A DNA stretch of 64,000 nucleotides. Origin: Eledone cirrhosa. Taxonomy: Eukaryota. A program made the translations under genes and the position numbers. The stretch spans positions 309,752,001-309,816,000 of the forward strand of contig OZ024742.1 in the NCBI GenBank assembly GCA_964016885.1, read 5' to 3'. The notes under the pieces were generated by a model. That model did no database searches. It was not told the origin of the DNA and saw only the letters and a program-made list of their open reading frames with translations. Below, piece by piece: positions 41,126-55,842 of the stretch (position 1 is its first letter; each line of letters opens with the position of its first letter).

Positions 41126-42638
41126 TATATATATGAGTACTCAATACTGAAGTAGAGTTTAAATATTTTTCATTATGGCTGAGCCTTGTCACTCTGGAGT
41201 TTCACCTGAATACTCACAGGATCACGAGGCAAGCCCATTTTGATTATTGGGCTGTGACCTTACAAGGGGAATACGGATATACTATGTCAGAACGGGTCAA
41301 TTCGATTCTGCTGACCAGTGCCTTGCTGATGACGGCTGGTGTCTGCAGAAATGGTTTGAAGCCAATCGTACTTAGTCGCACAGTATCTATGACTTCCAAT
41401 AGCGGCGGTGACACACAATTACCCCAATAACTAGTCGCAAAACTTTATTTTGTCATTTAACACTTTCAAGAGAACCCCAGCGTGTCAGAAATAGCATCTA
41501 AAATCTCACTCAAAATTAGAAAGAAAGGTCATAATTTCGGATACAAAAATAAAAAAATGAAGATGGGATTATCATGGCTGTAATGTCGTAGGTTCGTCAA
41601 GATGGAGCTAATACAAAGTTAATATGAACAACTATTTAAAATAAACCTCAGTTAGGTTCTATGGCTTAGTGGAAGTGCGTGGCCTAGTGGTAAGGGTTTT
41701 GGACTTACGATCATAATGTCGGGGGTTAAATTCTTGGGCTCGGTTGCGTGTTGTGTTCTTGAGCAAAATACTTCATTTTACGTTGCTCCAGTATACTCAG
41801 CTGAAAATGAGTACCAGTAATAGGTGGGGGTTTAACCCTGCGATGGACTGGCATCCTGTCCAGTGGGAGTTTTGCACTCAGTCGCTTCACACCACTAGAC
41901 CGGGATAAGCACCGGCCTAACGAGCTTTCTGACTTTAGATCTTTTAGATTTAGAGGTTTTATGGCTGGTAGGATAGGAAAATTAAACTTTTGTTTAATTA
42001 AAAAAAAATCAGAATATTGGTTTCTTAATTTATCAAATAGTTTTAAATACATTTTTTGAAGAGGAAATCCACTTTATTTGTTTAAAAATTGTTTAATAGA
42101 CAAAGGAATGCATAGCGTTTCATGTAAATGTTATATTGCCTCGACAGACAAAATGACGAATGCGTTAGTCCTGAGGATGGCGAAAGAGAAACACAGTGAA
42201 AGAGCCTGCCCACATCGTTGGATTCGATGCCTCTCTCAATCCTGATCGAAGTGGTTAAGAAAGCGGTTCATAAGCCTAGCAAACCGTAAGGGGCCCAACA
42301 GACTATATGTTTTCACCGCAATGGGTTCAATAAGAAACATATCATAGAAGTCGGTACTTAGTCGTAATGGAGTAGTTATAGTTGATAACATAGACACTAG
42401 TGCATGACCAGGGAGTTACTTTATAAATCCAAGTCAAACTGGAGTTTAGAAAGATGGAATTAAGAAAGGCGAAACTAAATATAGAGAATTTAGTCCAAGT
42501 TTCAACCATTCTGGTCCGTGTATCGACCTTTATCGCTAGATTATCTGAATTATTCCAGTAGAAAGACTGAGAGGCAAATGATTATTTTTTTTAATTTGAG
42601 GAATTTTCAAAATATTGATATAGGGCATGGTATCTCCC

Positions 42639-42736
<98 letters not shown>

Positions 42737-42744
42737 ATCTAACC

Positions 42745-43270
42745 GCCACCCTCCTTCAAAAACGAAGGAGAGGCGGTTTTCCTTTGTGTGATAGCTATGG
42801 CGAAAGAGGTTGTATGGTGGACAAGGTTGAAAGGGCTGAGGTCAGACACCTTTCTCTCCGGCCAACAACTGATTCTTTTTTTCAAATACCACTTTGGAAG
42901 AAGAATGAGGATGGAGAGAGAGGTGCTGTACCCCAGCAAGTTTTATGCAAGGTGGGTGAAAGTGGCGAGAATGGCCCGAGTGAATGGGCCTTCTCTCTAT
43001 ATCAGCCTGTAGGTTGAGGAAAAGGAGGAGAAGAGGAAGGGAGTACAAACTCTTCGTACTCCTGGAGATGAGGGTTGCACATTTTTTCGGGCTATGTGTT
43101 ACCCATATAAACTGTCTCCCCCTATTGGGGAAAATCGACTAACTTTTTAACTTGTATTTGTGATAACATTTTACAAGTTTTTATTGTATGTAAACTTCCC
43201 CTTCCCCCTTTGTATTTGTCCCCTTCTTTTGTGCCCCTGTGGCTAATAAAGAAACATTTCTATCTATCTA
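42745..43270 (+). mobile_element. Tx1/L1-like LINE 3' end with (TCTA)n tail
   Basis: IAMAKEVVWWTRLK...FYARW resembles the Tx1 ORF2 C-terminus. The 3'UTR ends ctgtggctaataaagaa...ctatctatc. Confidence 0.6.
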
Positions 43271-43834
43271 TCTGTCTGTCTGTCTGTATCTATTTATATA
43301 TATCTTTCTCTGCACATACTCACATATATATATGTATATGTATCTATGTGCGTGTATGTATGTGCGAACATATGTATATAGATAGGTATGTATGTATGTA
43401 TATACATGTGTGTGTATGTACGAGCGTACATATGTATATATGTATGTAGGTATATATATATGTATATGTGTATGCATATGTGTATGTATGTATGTTTATA
43501 TATATGTGTGTTTGCTATGGGTGCGTACAATAACTTTATGAAATATGTTTAAAGGTTAAGGGTGTTGGGATTGGTAAACGTGATTTAGAACGTTGGTTTG
43601 AATACAGCATGGCCAAATAGTTAAGAAGTTCGTTTCACAATCTATAGATTCTAGGTTCGATCCCACTGCATGGCATCTTGGGTAAGTGTCATTTACCATG
43701 GTCCCGAGTCAACCAACATTGGATAGACGGAAACTGTTTGGAAGCCCATTGCACACACATTTACACCCCCACGTATATATATTCTAACATACATTCACCC
43801 TTTCTCTGCCTCTTGCCCCAACTCTGTTTCGCCC

Positions 43835-43986
<152 letters not shown>

Positions 43987-44331
43987 CTCTATATATATAT
44001 ATATATATATATATCTCTATATATATATATATATATATATATCTCTATATATATATATATATATATATATCTCTATATATATATATATATATATATCTCT
44101 ATATATATATATATATATATATATCTCTATATATATATATATATATATATCTCTATATATATATATATATATATATCTCTATATATATATATATATCTCT
44201 ATATATATATATATATCTCTATATATATATATATATCTCTATATATATATATATATCTCTATATATATATCTATATATCTCTATATATATATATCTATAT
44301 ATCTCTATATATATATATCTATATATATATA

Positions 44332-44375
<44 letters not shown>

Positions 44376-46507
44376 CCCAGTACTTTCTATAAGGTGGTTA
44401 TTGATAGAAAAGACAACGAGCTGTAGAAACAATGCCACGAAAGGGTCAGGTTAGACTCTTCAGCTCTGTCAAAAACAAAACAGCCTTCCAAGTGTTGGTG
44501 TCATGATAAAATGAGCCTAGTTCATTCTATAGAGAGGACTTATATAAGCGAAAAGCGGTTCTCCAGCCATCGAAAAGATCAGTAGCTCCCATTAAGTATT
44601 GTCTTGGTCTGTGACAACATGTCCAACCCTTGCTTGCAGGGAAAAGGACGCTAAATGACGATAATAATGATATGTGGAGAGATAGCATCTACGTTTTGGC
44701 TACACACGAATGTAAGAGAACTCAATATTTATTGTAGGGTTTATTTATATCCCTGATGATTCACTTTGTTGCCATTCGTTTTTTAGTTTCGCTATGTTCG
44801 GCCTTTCATGTAATCTCATGTCGAACGTCATGATACACATAAACATACAAACACAGGCACATGTATATATTCACACCAAAATTTCAAGAATTTATTTTTC
44901 TGAAAATTGAATGCTTATGCCCAAGGGAAAATTCTGATCTTTGTTAGCAGGCAAGATGACAGCTACAGTTATAATTCGGTCTTATTAAACTTCATCAGCG
45001 AGGCATAGGCTTCTCAAAATAGCTTTGACCAGCAGACATTTTCAATGATATGTTGTAGGACTACATTATCTATATATCGACAGGAGTGTTTGAATAGAGA
45101 AATATTTCGCTGCTATTTTTAGCATGTTAAATGACTATGTAAAGGCTCCCTTGGTGGCTCGAAAGTGTACTGTCTATACTCCGTTGTTGATTCAATCAAC
45201 TATATACCTCTCCTAATAAAACCTTATTGTGTTGTAGAAATTGATATTTGGTAATTGACATTTCGTATCTGATGTCAAATTTCCTGAGTCGAGTTCACCT
45301 TTCACAAGTATCACCCCACCTCACTCCCAGTCCAATTACAGAAATATGAGTTCTTCAGACTTAATTTTATTTCTAAACCCGCTCCATGGCGTACAGCCAA
45401 TCGGCCCGTCCACACCAACCAGCTCTGCTGTCGTTTAATGGTTTTTGTAGCATGTTAAATGAAACAAGACCACCACCCATCGCTCAGCTTTCCTTCATTT
45501 CTTACAAACAAGAGACACTGCGAGTAATTAGACCTTTCCATAGCAAAATAATGAGAAAGAAAGAAAGAGAGGATTATCACCCCTACTATTGACTGGTTGT
45601 GTATTACTTGCCCACAGAAATTTGGAAGGCAAGTTTAACATTGACAGGATATAAACTCAGCACGTAAAGAGCTCAAACAAATACTGATTGGCATTTTTGT
45701 CCAGTGTTCTATTGATTCCGCCAATCCGTCACCCTGGTTTCGAATTCAGGTACAAATTCTGAGGGTGGTTGATTGGCAGAATCGTTAGTGTCAGATAAAA
45801 TATTTTGTGGTATTTAGTTCTGGCTCTTTAGAATTTTTGAGTTCAAATCTCACCATGGTCATCTTTGCTTTTATTCTTCCGGGATCAATAAAATAAAATA
45901 CTAGTCAAGTACTAGGGTTGTTTTAATTGATTTTCCCATCCCCTCAAATTGTTGGCCATGTACCTAAATTTAAAGCCAATTTAGACACAGAGCTATCGAT
46001 CTCGGTGGGATTTGAACCCTGAACATAAAGAGCCGAGACAAATACTGGAAGAGATTTTGTCCAACGCTCTATCGATTCTGCCTACTCACCACACTTTTTA
46101 ACCTTAATGATCTTTCTTAATAACAATCGTTTCTAATTTAGACACAAAGCCAATAATTTGGGTGGTGGCGGTGAGGAAAAGTAGGTATTATCGATCCCTA
46201 AAATATGAAAAGTGGGATTTGAACTCAGATAGTAGTCGGAATGGTTTTCTTTAACAGACTTATTTTATTTAACGAAGTTCAAGTGGAACATATAATATGT
46301 TTGTACGAAGAAAAAACCCCAAAGAAAAGAGAAAATATAAATAGTGGAGGTAAGGGAGGGGGAGTGGTAGACACTGCATTCCAATCTGTGGTATATCTCA
46401 GCTGCAACACGCGGAGAACAGCTGGCGACACCCGCTATGTCACAGTAACCTATGAGGTTCCTTCCTCAAGCAAAAAAAAAAAAAAAAAAAAAAAAAATCG
46501 TCACAAA

Positions 46508-46605
46508 TTTTAGCAGTCGACCGCTACTGGTCAGTGGTCCTTTTAGCAGTCGACCGTTACTGGTCAGTGGTCATTTTAACAGTTGACCATTACTGATCTG
46601 TGGTC
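46508..46605. repeat. 32 bp tandem repeat x3
   Basis: Unit ttttagcagtcgaccgctactggtcagtggtc. Confidence 0.85.
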
Positions 46606-46764
46606 TCCGAACAGATCTTCACACATCAACGTCCTCAACGTCACCACCGAAATATTTGTCACTTTTCATTTTTAAACATTTCAGGCCAATATGCCAATGT
46701 ATTCCACAGCTCTAAACTCCGAGTCATTAGCGTTCAAACTAAAATTAACCTTGAGTTATTATAT

Positions 46765-46819
<55 letters not shown>

Positions 46820-46887
46820 CATAAGACTTTGTTTTTAAATCTCTGTGTGTTTGGTTTATTCTTGAACTATATATACATATATATATA

Positions 46888-47095
46888 ACAAAGAGGGTGT
46901 GGTCAGATACCAGGTGAACTATAACGCACCAGAGTACTCGATACTTTGGATAATAGAGTGGGTAATATGAAAAGATTCAGGACCCCAACTGAAAAGATTC
47001 AGGACCCCAACGGCTCAGCTCCGGCCGTTTCGATAGCTAGATCTAGCTGTCGAAACGGCCGGAGCTCAGCCGCCGGGTCCTGAATATTTTCATAT
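46888..47095. mobile_element. Family E element with terminal fold-back
   Basis: The hairpin is centred on gctagatctagc, directly 5' of gtcGAAAC. Confidence 0.8.
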
Positions 47096-47104
47096 ATATA
47101 TATT

Positions 47105-47137
<33 letters not shown>

Positions 47138-48131
47138 ATCAGCGTGTGTTTTATATATGTGTATATATATTGTCACACAGACACACATTTACCTGTGAGC
47201 CCATTTTCGAAAATATTTTGTTTTAAATTTTCAACATATTTTAAAAACTAGCTACTCTTTACTCCCACTAGTACAACATTGAAACAACAACACTAGGTAA
47301 TGTTAGTCTTATTGTACTTACTAATGGATATAACATGGTCGTGTGGTTAAGAAGTTCGCCTCGCAACCATAGGGTTTCGGGTTCGATCTTACTACCTGGC
47401 ATTGACCAGGTGTCATTTACCATGTCCACGGGTCGACACACCTTCCGTGAATGTCTCTAGGTAGACAGGAACTGTTTGGAAGCCCATCAGTTGGACTATG
47501 CCTGCAATTTCAGGGACCAGTCGTGTAACATATTTTCTCATGTTGAATCGCATCGAGAATTAAGTTAAGGGGCACACGAGTCTGTGGAATGCTCAGCCAC
47601 TTACCAGTAAATTCCACGAGCAGGACGTTTTGATCAAAGAACTGGAACTGCCATCGTCGAAACCGATGTAGGTGCATTTATATTTTAACATATTTAATGC
47701 AGTGAGCATTAAAAAGTTAAAAAACAAAAAATAATAGAAAACTCGCCTATTTTTTGTACAGGTATGCAGAGAATCTGTAAGACTAAGGATGATAGAGGTT
47801 GAAAGTCAGGGAAAAAAAGGGAAAGGGATACAAATATTTCGATATTAAAGGAATTTTGTGATACCTAATAAATAACTCCCTCAAGATTAACTGCGGAACT
47901 CCATCCTCATAACTGAAGCTCATTTATATTCAGAAAACAGCCTGATGGATTTATGAGACAGAGTTTGTAGTTTTGGCGTTATGTGTTTGTTTAACATTTC
48001 TAGAGCAACTATTGCTGTAGGAATTGTTTGTTTTCATCATCCACATTCGGGTTACTTCTATCTCCAGATCCACCACCACTACCACAATCTTCTTCTTCTT
48101 CTTCTTCTTCTTCTTCTTCTTCTTCTTCTTC

Positions 48132-48204
<73 letters not shown>

Positions 48205-48339
48205 CAGCAGCAGCATAAGTAGTTTATTACGGTGGATACATGACAGGACAACATCCAAATTACGCTTTTAACTCCATTCTGTAGTCTATAAAATAAGTCA
48301 AATAATTACAAATTAGAGTTGATGCTTCTGCCAAAACTG

Positions 48340-48640
48340 GAAACCAATCAGTAGTTGATTTTCTAACTGCTAACAACAGAGGCTCAATTAGTAGATCTTC
48401 GCTCAAACCGCCAGTAAGAGCGGCTCAATTAGAAGTAGGTCTTCGCTCTACCTGCTAGCAACAGCGGCTCAATGAAATGTAGGTCTTCATTCTATCTGCC
48501 AGCGACAGCGACTCAATTAGAAGTAGGTCTTCGTTCTACCTGCCAGCAACATCGGCTCAATTAGAAGTAAGTCTTCATTCCAACTGCTAGAAACTACGGT
48601 CAATTAGATGTAGGTTTGCGCTCCAACTGTTGGCAACAGC
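48340..48640. repeat. Degenerate ~44 bp minisatellite (about 6 units)
   Basis: Variants of ggctcaattagaagtaggtcttcgctctacctgctagcaacagc. Confidence 0.85.
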
Positions 48641-48754
48641 TACCTTCAAATCTGAACATTATCAGGGACAGGAAATCTTGAATAAATCTAGTCTTTATTG
48701 ATATTACTAAAAGGACAGGAAGCTCATGGATGGAATCGAGGCTGGAAAACAACC

Positions 48755-48837
<83 letters not shown>

Positions 48838-49900
48838 CCAACAGTTGGAGCGCAAACCTACATCTAATTGTATGTATGTATGTATGTATATATATTTACA
48901 TATACACACACGCACATCACGGATGTCTCCTAATCTACTCCGTTCTTCTGCTGTCTCCCTGTGTATCTGTAGAGATAGCGGAAGGACGAAGTAGATTAGG
49001 ATTCCAAGTTACTCTAGTGTCACGTAGACTAATCTGTTCATAGGGTCTCTCCGTATATTGTTGTATAGCTTTCGATCAGCCATTCTTTGAGTTCCAGACA
49101 TATGAAGAAAGTCATTCCTGTCATCACCATTTAGACATTTTGTACGCTGAACTACATTAAACATTTTGATACCAAACCCTCTAAAACCGCCCTTGATTCT
49201 ACTATAAAACGACCATGTCATTTTTAAAGAGTTTATCTGTATCTGAAAATATTGAAATATAATTTTAGCAAAGAAATTTTGTTCTCTTATGTTCCGAATA
49301 TCAGTTTAATAGTAAGAAAGTTAATTAATTAAATTGTTAAATCCTTCCAAATTCTTGAATATCAAAACAGCATATTTGAAACATCAAGCAGCGTCTTTTA
49401 TTAAAAATTTACTAAGGTCGCGAAACAATATATAGGGGCTCGCCATTTTGTTTCTGGAAGGGGAGAGTAACAACATTAACATCCGGGTAATCTAGACCAA
49501 TCTCCTTGACATTTCATGGCTGTCAATATGCGCGGGAACTCCCCATACCCTTTCCTGTTCAAGTCAGTGTTAGCTGAAGAAGAGTTTTGTATACAAACTA
49601 CAAACACATGTTCCTACTTACTGAATGTCATTGCAACATGTTGGAAAGGACGGTTTAATGCCTTCCGCTTTGATTTCAAATGATGTTGGGGTCATTGATG
49701 ACAGGATAACACCATAGAAACTACTACAAAGTAGAAACTAAACAGTTCCAAAAAAAATATAATGCAATATATTATAGTATATTGAAATAAAATATATATG
49801 AGTGTATGTATGTATGTATGTATGTATGCATGCATGTATGTCTGATTGTATACATATGTATGTATGCATGTATGTATATATATGTATGTGTGCATACTTA

Positions 49901-50499
49901 TGTCAGGTGCTACTGGTAACATGTATCCCAGTACAACCTGTCCCATGGTCGGGTCGTTGGCGACTAAACTGGCAACCCCACCAAGGTTTCTTGGTGAGGA
50001 GGGAAACTTTGGACATCCTGCAGGACTAAAAACAAAACCTGTCAAAGGGCAAAGGAGCTCTTAAGAGTCAATGGCCACCCAAAATCAACAGGAGAGATGA
50101 CCCCTTAGCCTTTGTCAAGACAGAATTCTAGGAGAAGGAAACCTCTGATATAACACCTGCAACCCTGATGGTATCCAATGATGTTGATTTGTTCTGCTTT
50201 TTGGTAAATATCATCTTGGTTAAGAGAGTGGGACTGGCTTTGTGCAGTGACTTTGCTCACTATAAAAGCTTTACGGCACAGGCATTGCTTTATATCTGGA
50301 GATCTCTCTGCACTTGTCGTCACATGGTACCATGGGCCCAGCACTATGTGTCAATAATTGTCACAAGTGTAGTGTTTGTACCAGAGTTTTCAAGTCGCTG
50401 GCTGGACTAAAAAGTCACACTTGGTCAGCGCAGGGGTAGGGGTTCTCCTACATGGATATAAAGTAGTGGCCGTACTCGAAAACGAGTTGGCAGTCACCA
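49901..50499 (+). mobile_element. RTE-related bipartite repeat, near full-length copy
   Basis: Reverse complement of the 729/26441 family, ending in a stem-loop. Confidence 0.75.
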
Positions 50500-50674
50500 T
50501 GCACGCACAAACACACACACACGCACACACACACATATATATATATAGACACACATATTTATATATAAGCACATACGTTCACACACATACACATATTATA
50601 TTATATTTTATTATGTTATACATGACCTAACTGTGTTCAAATTCTGGCGAGATCGATAAAATAGCTATAAAGGC

Positions 50675-50807
<133 letters not shown>

Positions 50808-51172
50808 TATGGAGGCACATGGCTTAGTGGTTAGAGCAATCGAAAGGTTGTGAGTTCAATTCTTAGATCGGGTGATGTGTTGTTTCCTTGAGCAAGACAC
50901 TTTATTTCACATTGCTCCAGTTTACTCAGCTGTAGAAATGAGATGATAGGGACTGGGGTCCAAATCAAAGTGGTCGTGGAGGTGCCAAGGCAAAAAAGCA
51001 CCCAGCACTCACTGTAAATGAGGTTGGTGTTAGGAAGGGCATCCAGCTGTAGAAATCAAGCCAGAATCAGTTCCCGTCCCACCCTTGCAAGCAGGGAAAA
51101 GTGGACGTAAAATGAAATGATGATATTATGGAATACTGTTGGCTTTTTGCTACAATATTTTCTATACCTTTC

Positions 51173-51224
<52 letters not shown>

Positions 51225-51226
51225 CA

Positions 51227-51288
<62 letters not shown>

Positions 51289-51572
51289 GTATATATATGT
51301 ATATATGTATGCATGTATATATGTATGTATGCATGTATATATGTATGTATGCATGTATATATGTATGTATCTATGTATATATATGTATAAATATATATAT
51401 ATATATATATATATACATATGTATATATATATATGTATATATATGTATATATATATAAGTATGAATATATATATATATATACATATGTATATATATAAGT
51501 ATGAATATATATATATATATATATATACATATGTATATATATAAGTATGAATATATATATATATATATACAC

Positions 51573-51622
<50 letters not shown>

Positions 51623-51624
51623 TG

Positions 51625-51671
<47 letters not shown>

Positions 51672-51723
51672 TATGTATATATATATAAGTAGATATGTGT
51701 ATGTATACATATATATATATATG

Positions 51724-51806
<83 letters not shown>

Positions 51807-51861
51807 ATGTAAATATATCTATATATATATATATATCATGTTAGATATTTTTATTTATATG

Positions 51862-51911
51862 ACAGGCTGAATGAGTTGGAGTGAATAACCCAACGAAACC
51901 TAAGTACCTAT
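51862..51911 (+). ncRNA. Type I hammerhead-like motif with an 8-nt CUGAAUGA core (family J)
   Basis: AcAGG-CUGAAUGA-GUUGG agugaauaac CCAAC-GAAAC cuaa GUA^CCUaU. Confidence 0.7.
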
Positions 51912-52091
51912 ACATGCCACTGTTGTAATTAATATATATTTTGTACTAGGTCGTTTGTATACATTATACAGTCACACATATACATTGAATGTGGCTTTTC
52001 ATAAAGTTATTCGCGAAAGATGATATTGATTATGCAATCTTAATTCAAACTATATATAATATATATATGTGTGTGTGTAAGCTAGGTTCTC

Positions 52092-52134
<43 letters not shown>

Positions 52135-52274
52135 AGAATTTTTTCGAAACAGCGAGTTGTTTTGAAATTATTAGAAATGTAAGCTATCGCCGTATTTTGA
52201 CTAAAGAAATTAAAGAAATTATTTAGCCTGATAGTGGGGTTAAGAACCCTCGGAGAAATGGAATTGTGATGCGG

Positions 52275-52348
52275 GATATATGTTGGTGTAAATGGTAGCA
52301 CAGTGGTTCGGATAACCAAAGATGTGGGTTCGACTCCCATGTACGTCA
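52275..52348 (+). pseudogene. tRNA-like sequence embedded in a family H inverted repeat
   Basis: A box TGGTGTAAATGG, D arm GTGT/GCAC, TGGT/ACCA anticodon-like arm, T arm GTGGG-TTCGACT-CCCAT, and a T5 run ~10 nt downstream. The acceptor stem is imperfect and the isotype is unclear. Confidence 0.6.
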
Positions 52349-52479
52349 ATACTCATCTTTTTCCATTTCTCCGAGAGTTCTTAACCCCACTATCAGGCTA
52401 AATAATTTCTTTAGTCAAAATACGGCGATAGCTTACATTTCTAATAATAATAATAATAATATATATATATGTATATATA

Positions 52480-52760
52480 TATATACGATATTAATAAATG
52501 GAAACTATATTTATAAAACCATATTTATTTCATTATACATATTTCAGGGATACCACATTAAATTATGGTATGCCTTCATCAGCCAAAATACAATGTGGTA
52601 TCCCTGAAATATGTATAATGAAATAAATGTGGTTTTATAAATATAGTTTCCATTTATTAATATCGTATATCTACTCCAAAAATTTGTCGAGTGCTTAATA
52701 TCAATTATAAAAATATTTACTTGTTGTATCCCAACAACTTTAAATAGAACTTTTGCATAT
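52480..52760. mobile_element. Family C fold-back element
   Basis: Arms are ~52482-52559 and 52594-52670. The minus-strand CUGAUGA...GAAA core has a disrupted stem I. Confidence 0.8.
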
Positions 52761-52864
52761 ATATATATATATAATGTGTATATAATATATATATATATAA
52801 TGTGTATATAATATATATATATATACATATACTCAAATACTCAAATGTATGTATATACATTTAC

Positions 52865-52923
<59 letters not shown>

Positions 52924-52924
52924 G

Positions 52925-53000
<76 letters not shown>

Positions 53001-53286
53001 CATAATTATGTATATAACCAAACGCACAGGCACGCACTAATGTGCTGCTATGAATCAGCCATCTGCGTCGAAACAAAATACCAACGTATGTATAACAACG
53101 CGTATATATATTGTATATATAACATAACCACAGCTCTGTGAGTAATATGTTTACGTTTTATTATATGTGTATATATAACGTAATATATACTTATGCACAC
53201 ACACACATACATACACACACAAACATATATATATATATTTATGTAAACACACCACATATATTCAATACATACATCTAAATATATTC

Positions 53287-53404
<118 letters not shown>

Positions 53405-53555
53405 AGAGAGGGAGAGTTAGTACACTCGAAGGTAATATCCGTAGTGGTAGAGCACTCAGTCCATGGGACGAGTTAGGTAGAATTAGTTACACAATAGTTA
53501 GTTCACCATACCGAGAACAATTGTTTCACCTTAGCGGATCCTCAGCTGGTAATGA

Positions 53556-53623
<68 letters not shown>

Positions 53624-54590
53624 AGTATGTTTTGAAACAGTGAGCAGGTTTGAAATTAGAAAATAGAATAGCTTTCACCGTATTTTTGACTAAAGAAATT
53701 AGCCTGATAATAGGGTTTAGAACCCTCAGATAAATGGAAAAAGATGAGTATTTTTTTTATTTATCTGAGGGTTCTAAACCCCAATATCAGGAAAAAGACG
53801 AGTATTGGCGTACATGTACGTCAATACCCGTCTTTTTCCATTTATCCGAGGGTTCTAAAACCCATTATCAGGTTAAAATTCCTTTAGTCAAATATACATA
53901 TATATTAGGAAAGCCTGATAATTTCCTTTGAATGAAACAGACCTAGTCCTGTAGAAGCTATTTCTATATTAAATTTGTTGTATACATTCTACTAATGTAT
54001 TGAGTATCTTACTTTCAGTAGTTACCTCCGATTGAACACGTATATGTAATGTGTGTGAGTGTGTGTGTATTACTATATATCTATATGTTTATATAATACA
54101 TATATCGATATTGATTATGTATATCAATGAGGCACACAAACAACACACACACATATATAGGGTGTCCTCAACAATGTATACACACCTCAAAAGTATTTTA
54201 ATCAAAGTATGTATACATATTTTGTTGGGGACAGCCTGTATATATGTATGTAAGCACGTTTAAATTACCTGTGTGAGTTTGCGTGTCTTTCTATTTCTGT
54301 AGAATGATGTAAGCATGACCTAATTACTCAGATTAGAGATTAGTACATCAGTTCCAATTAAATTCATAATTATATAATATCTGGGATGGAAAGCCAGTAT
54401 TAATTCCCCTGTTTTTAACTTTCTTACCACTAAATATATGAAATATCTTTTCTCCCTCTCTCTCCAAGTTTCCTTCTCTGTTTCTACATATCTCACGTAC
54501 ACACACACTAACTTACGTACATATAAATATCTCTACCCCCACTCTCAAGCGTGAACCTAATACCAACACTATTCATACTGCACTCTTTAT

Positions 54591-54637
<47 letters not shown>

Positions 54638-54771
54638 ATGTAAACGTACATACATATATGTATACAGACGTACAGTAGCATGTATATATACATATATGTA
54701 CGTATACATACTTATATTTAAGTAACAGCCGTACTAAGAGTGGGAAATGAAATTGCGTTTCATTTTTTCCG

Positions 54772-54823
<52 letters not shown>

Positions 54824-55079
54824 TAAATTTGAAGACATTGCAAGCAGGGGAAAAGCGGACGTTAAATGAAATGATGATGATGATGATGATCCTTATGAAT
54901 TTATATATATATATATATGTGTGTGTGTACACAACCATTGCGTGCTTTGAGAAACAAATGCAGATTTACATATACGTAGATTCTTGTTGCGTGTGCGCGC
55001 GCGCGCACTCACACACACACATATATATAGTGAAAATAATTGAAGTCGTATTTGTAGCTTAATAAGACGCCCCCCCCCC

Positions 55080-55131
<52 letters not shown>

Positions 55132-55230
55132 TTCCTGAGTGGTGTCAGGGGTTACCCACATTTAAAAAAGTACACAATGCGTTGGGAGAGTATATTTATC
55201 TTTATTATATAGAAGTGACTTCTACAGGAC

Positions 55231-55277
55231 TTTCCTGATGATTTCATATGAATGAAACAGTTCTAGTCCCGTAGAAA
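55231..55277 (+). ncRNA. Type I hammerhead motif (family A), one stem III mismatch
   Basis: UUUC-CUGAUGA-UUUC auau GAAU-GAAA-CAG uucuaguc CcG-UA^GAAA. Confidence 0.7.
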
Positions 55278-55527
55278 TCATATATATAGACACACACACT
55301 CATATATAATTGTAATTTATAAATACTATATATATATATATGTATATAGTAATAATAATAAATTTGAAGACTAAAATCCAAAGAGGGCTCGATAAGGATA
55401 AATATATATCAAATATATAAGAACCGTAGAGCAAATATTTATTAAAATAACAGATTAAAGTTTAAGCACAGAATCGCTGCTTTTTTTAATAAATATATAT
55501 GTATATATATATATATATATGTATGTA

Positions 55528-55583
<56 letters not shown>

Positions 55584-55601
55584 TATACATATATACATTT
55601 C

Positions 55602-55646
<45 letters not shown>

Positions 55647-55713
55647 TTATATATATATATATATATATATATTTACATTTCCAATTAAATTTATAATAAT
55701 TAATATATTTATG

Positions 55714-55755
<42 letters not shown>

Positions 55756-55842
55756 TATATATGATATATTTTATTTATATATTATATATATATATATATA
55801 ATATATATATATGTGTATATATATGTATATGTATATATATAT

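Noticed and set aside
41320-41360. CUGAUGA...GAAA as a hammerhead
   Set aside because: No convincing stems I, II or III.
48340-48640. CRISPR-like array
   Set aside because: Degenerate tandem units with no unique spacers, in a eukaryotic context with no cas genes. The same applies to 46508-46605.
49903-49975. HDV-like or twister ribozyme at the 5' end of the bipartite repeat (ccagt...gg-tcg-ttgg-cga-ctaa-actgg)
   Set aside because: P2, P4 and J4/2-like parts are visible, but I could not build P1, P3 and L3. Not supported without a descriptor search.
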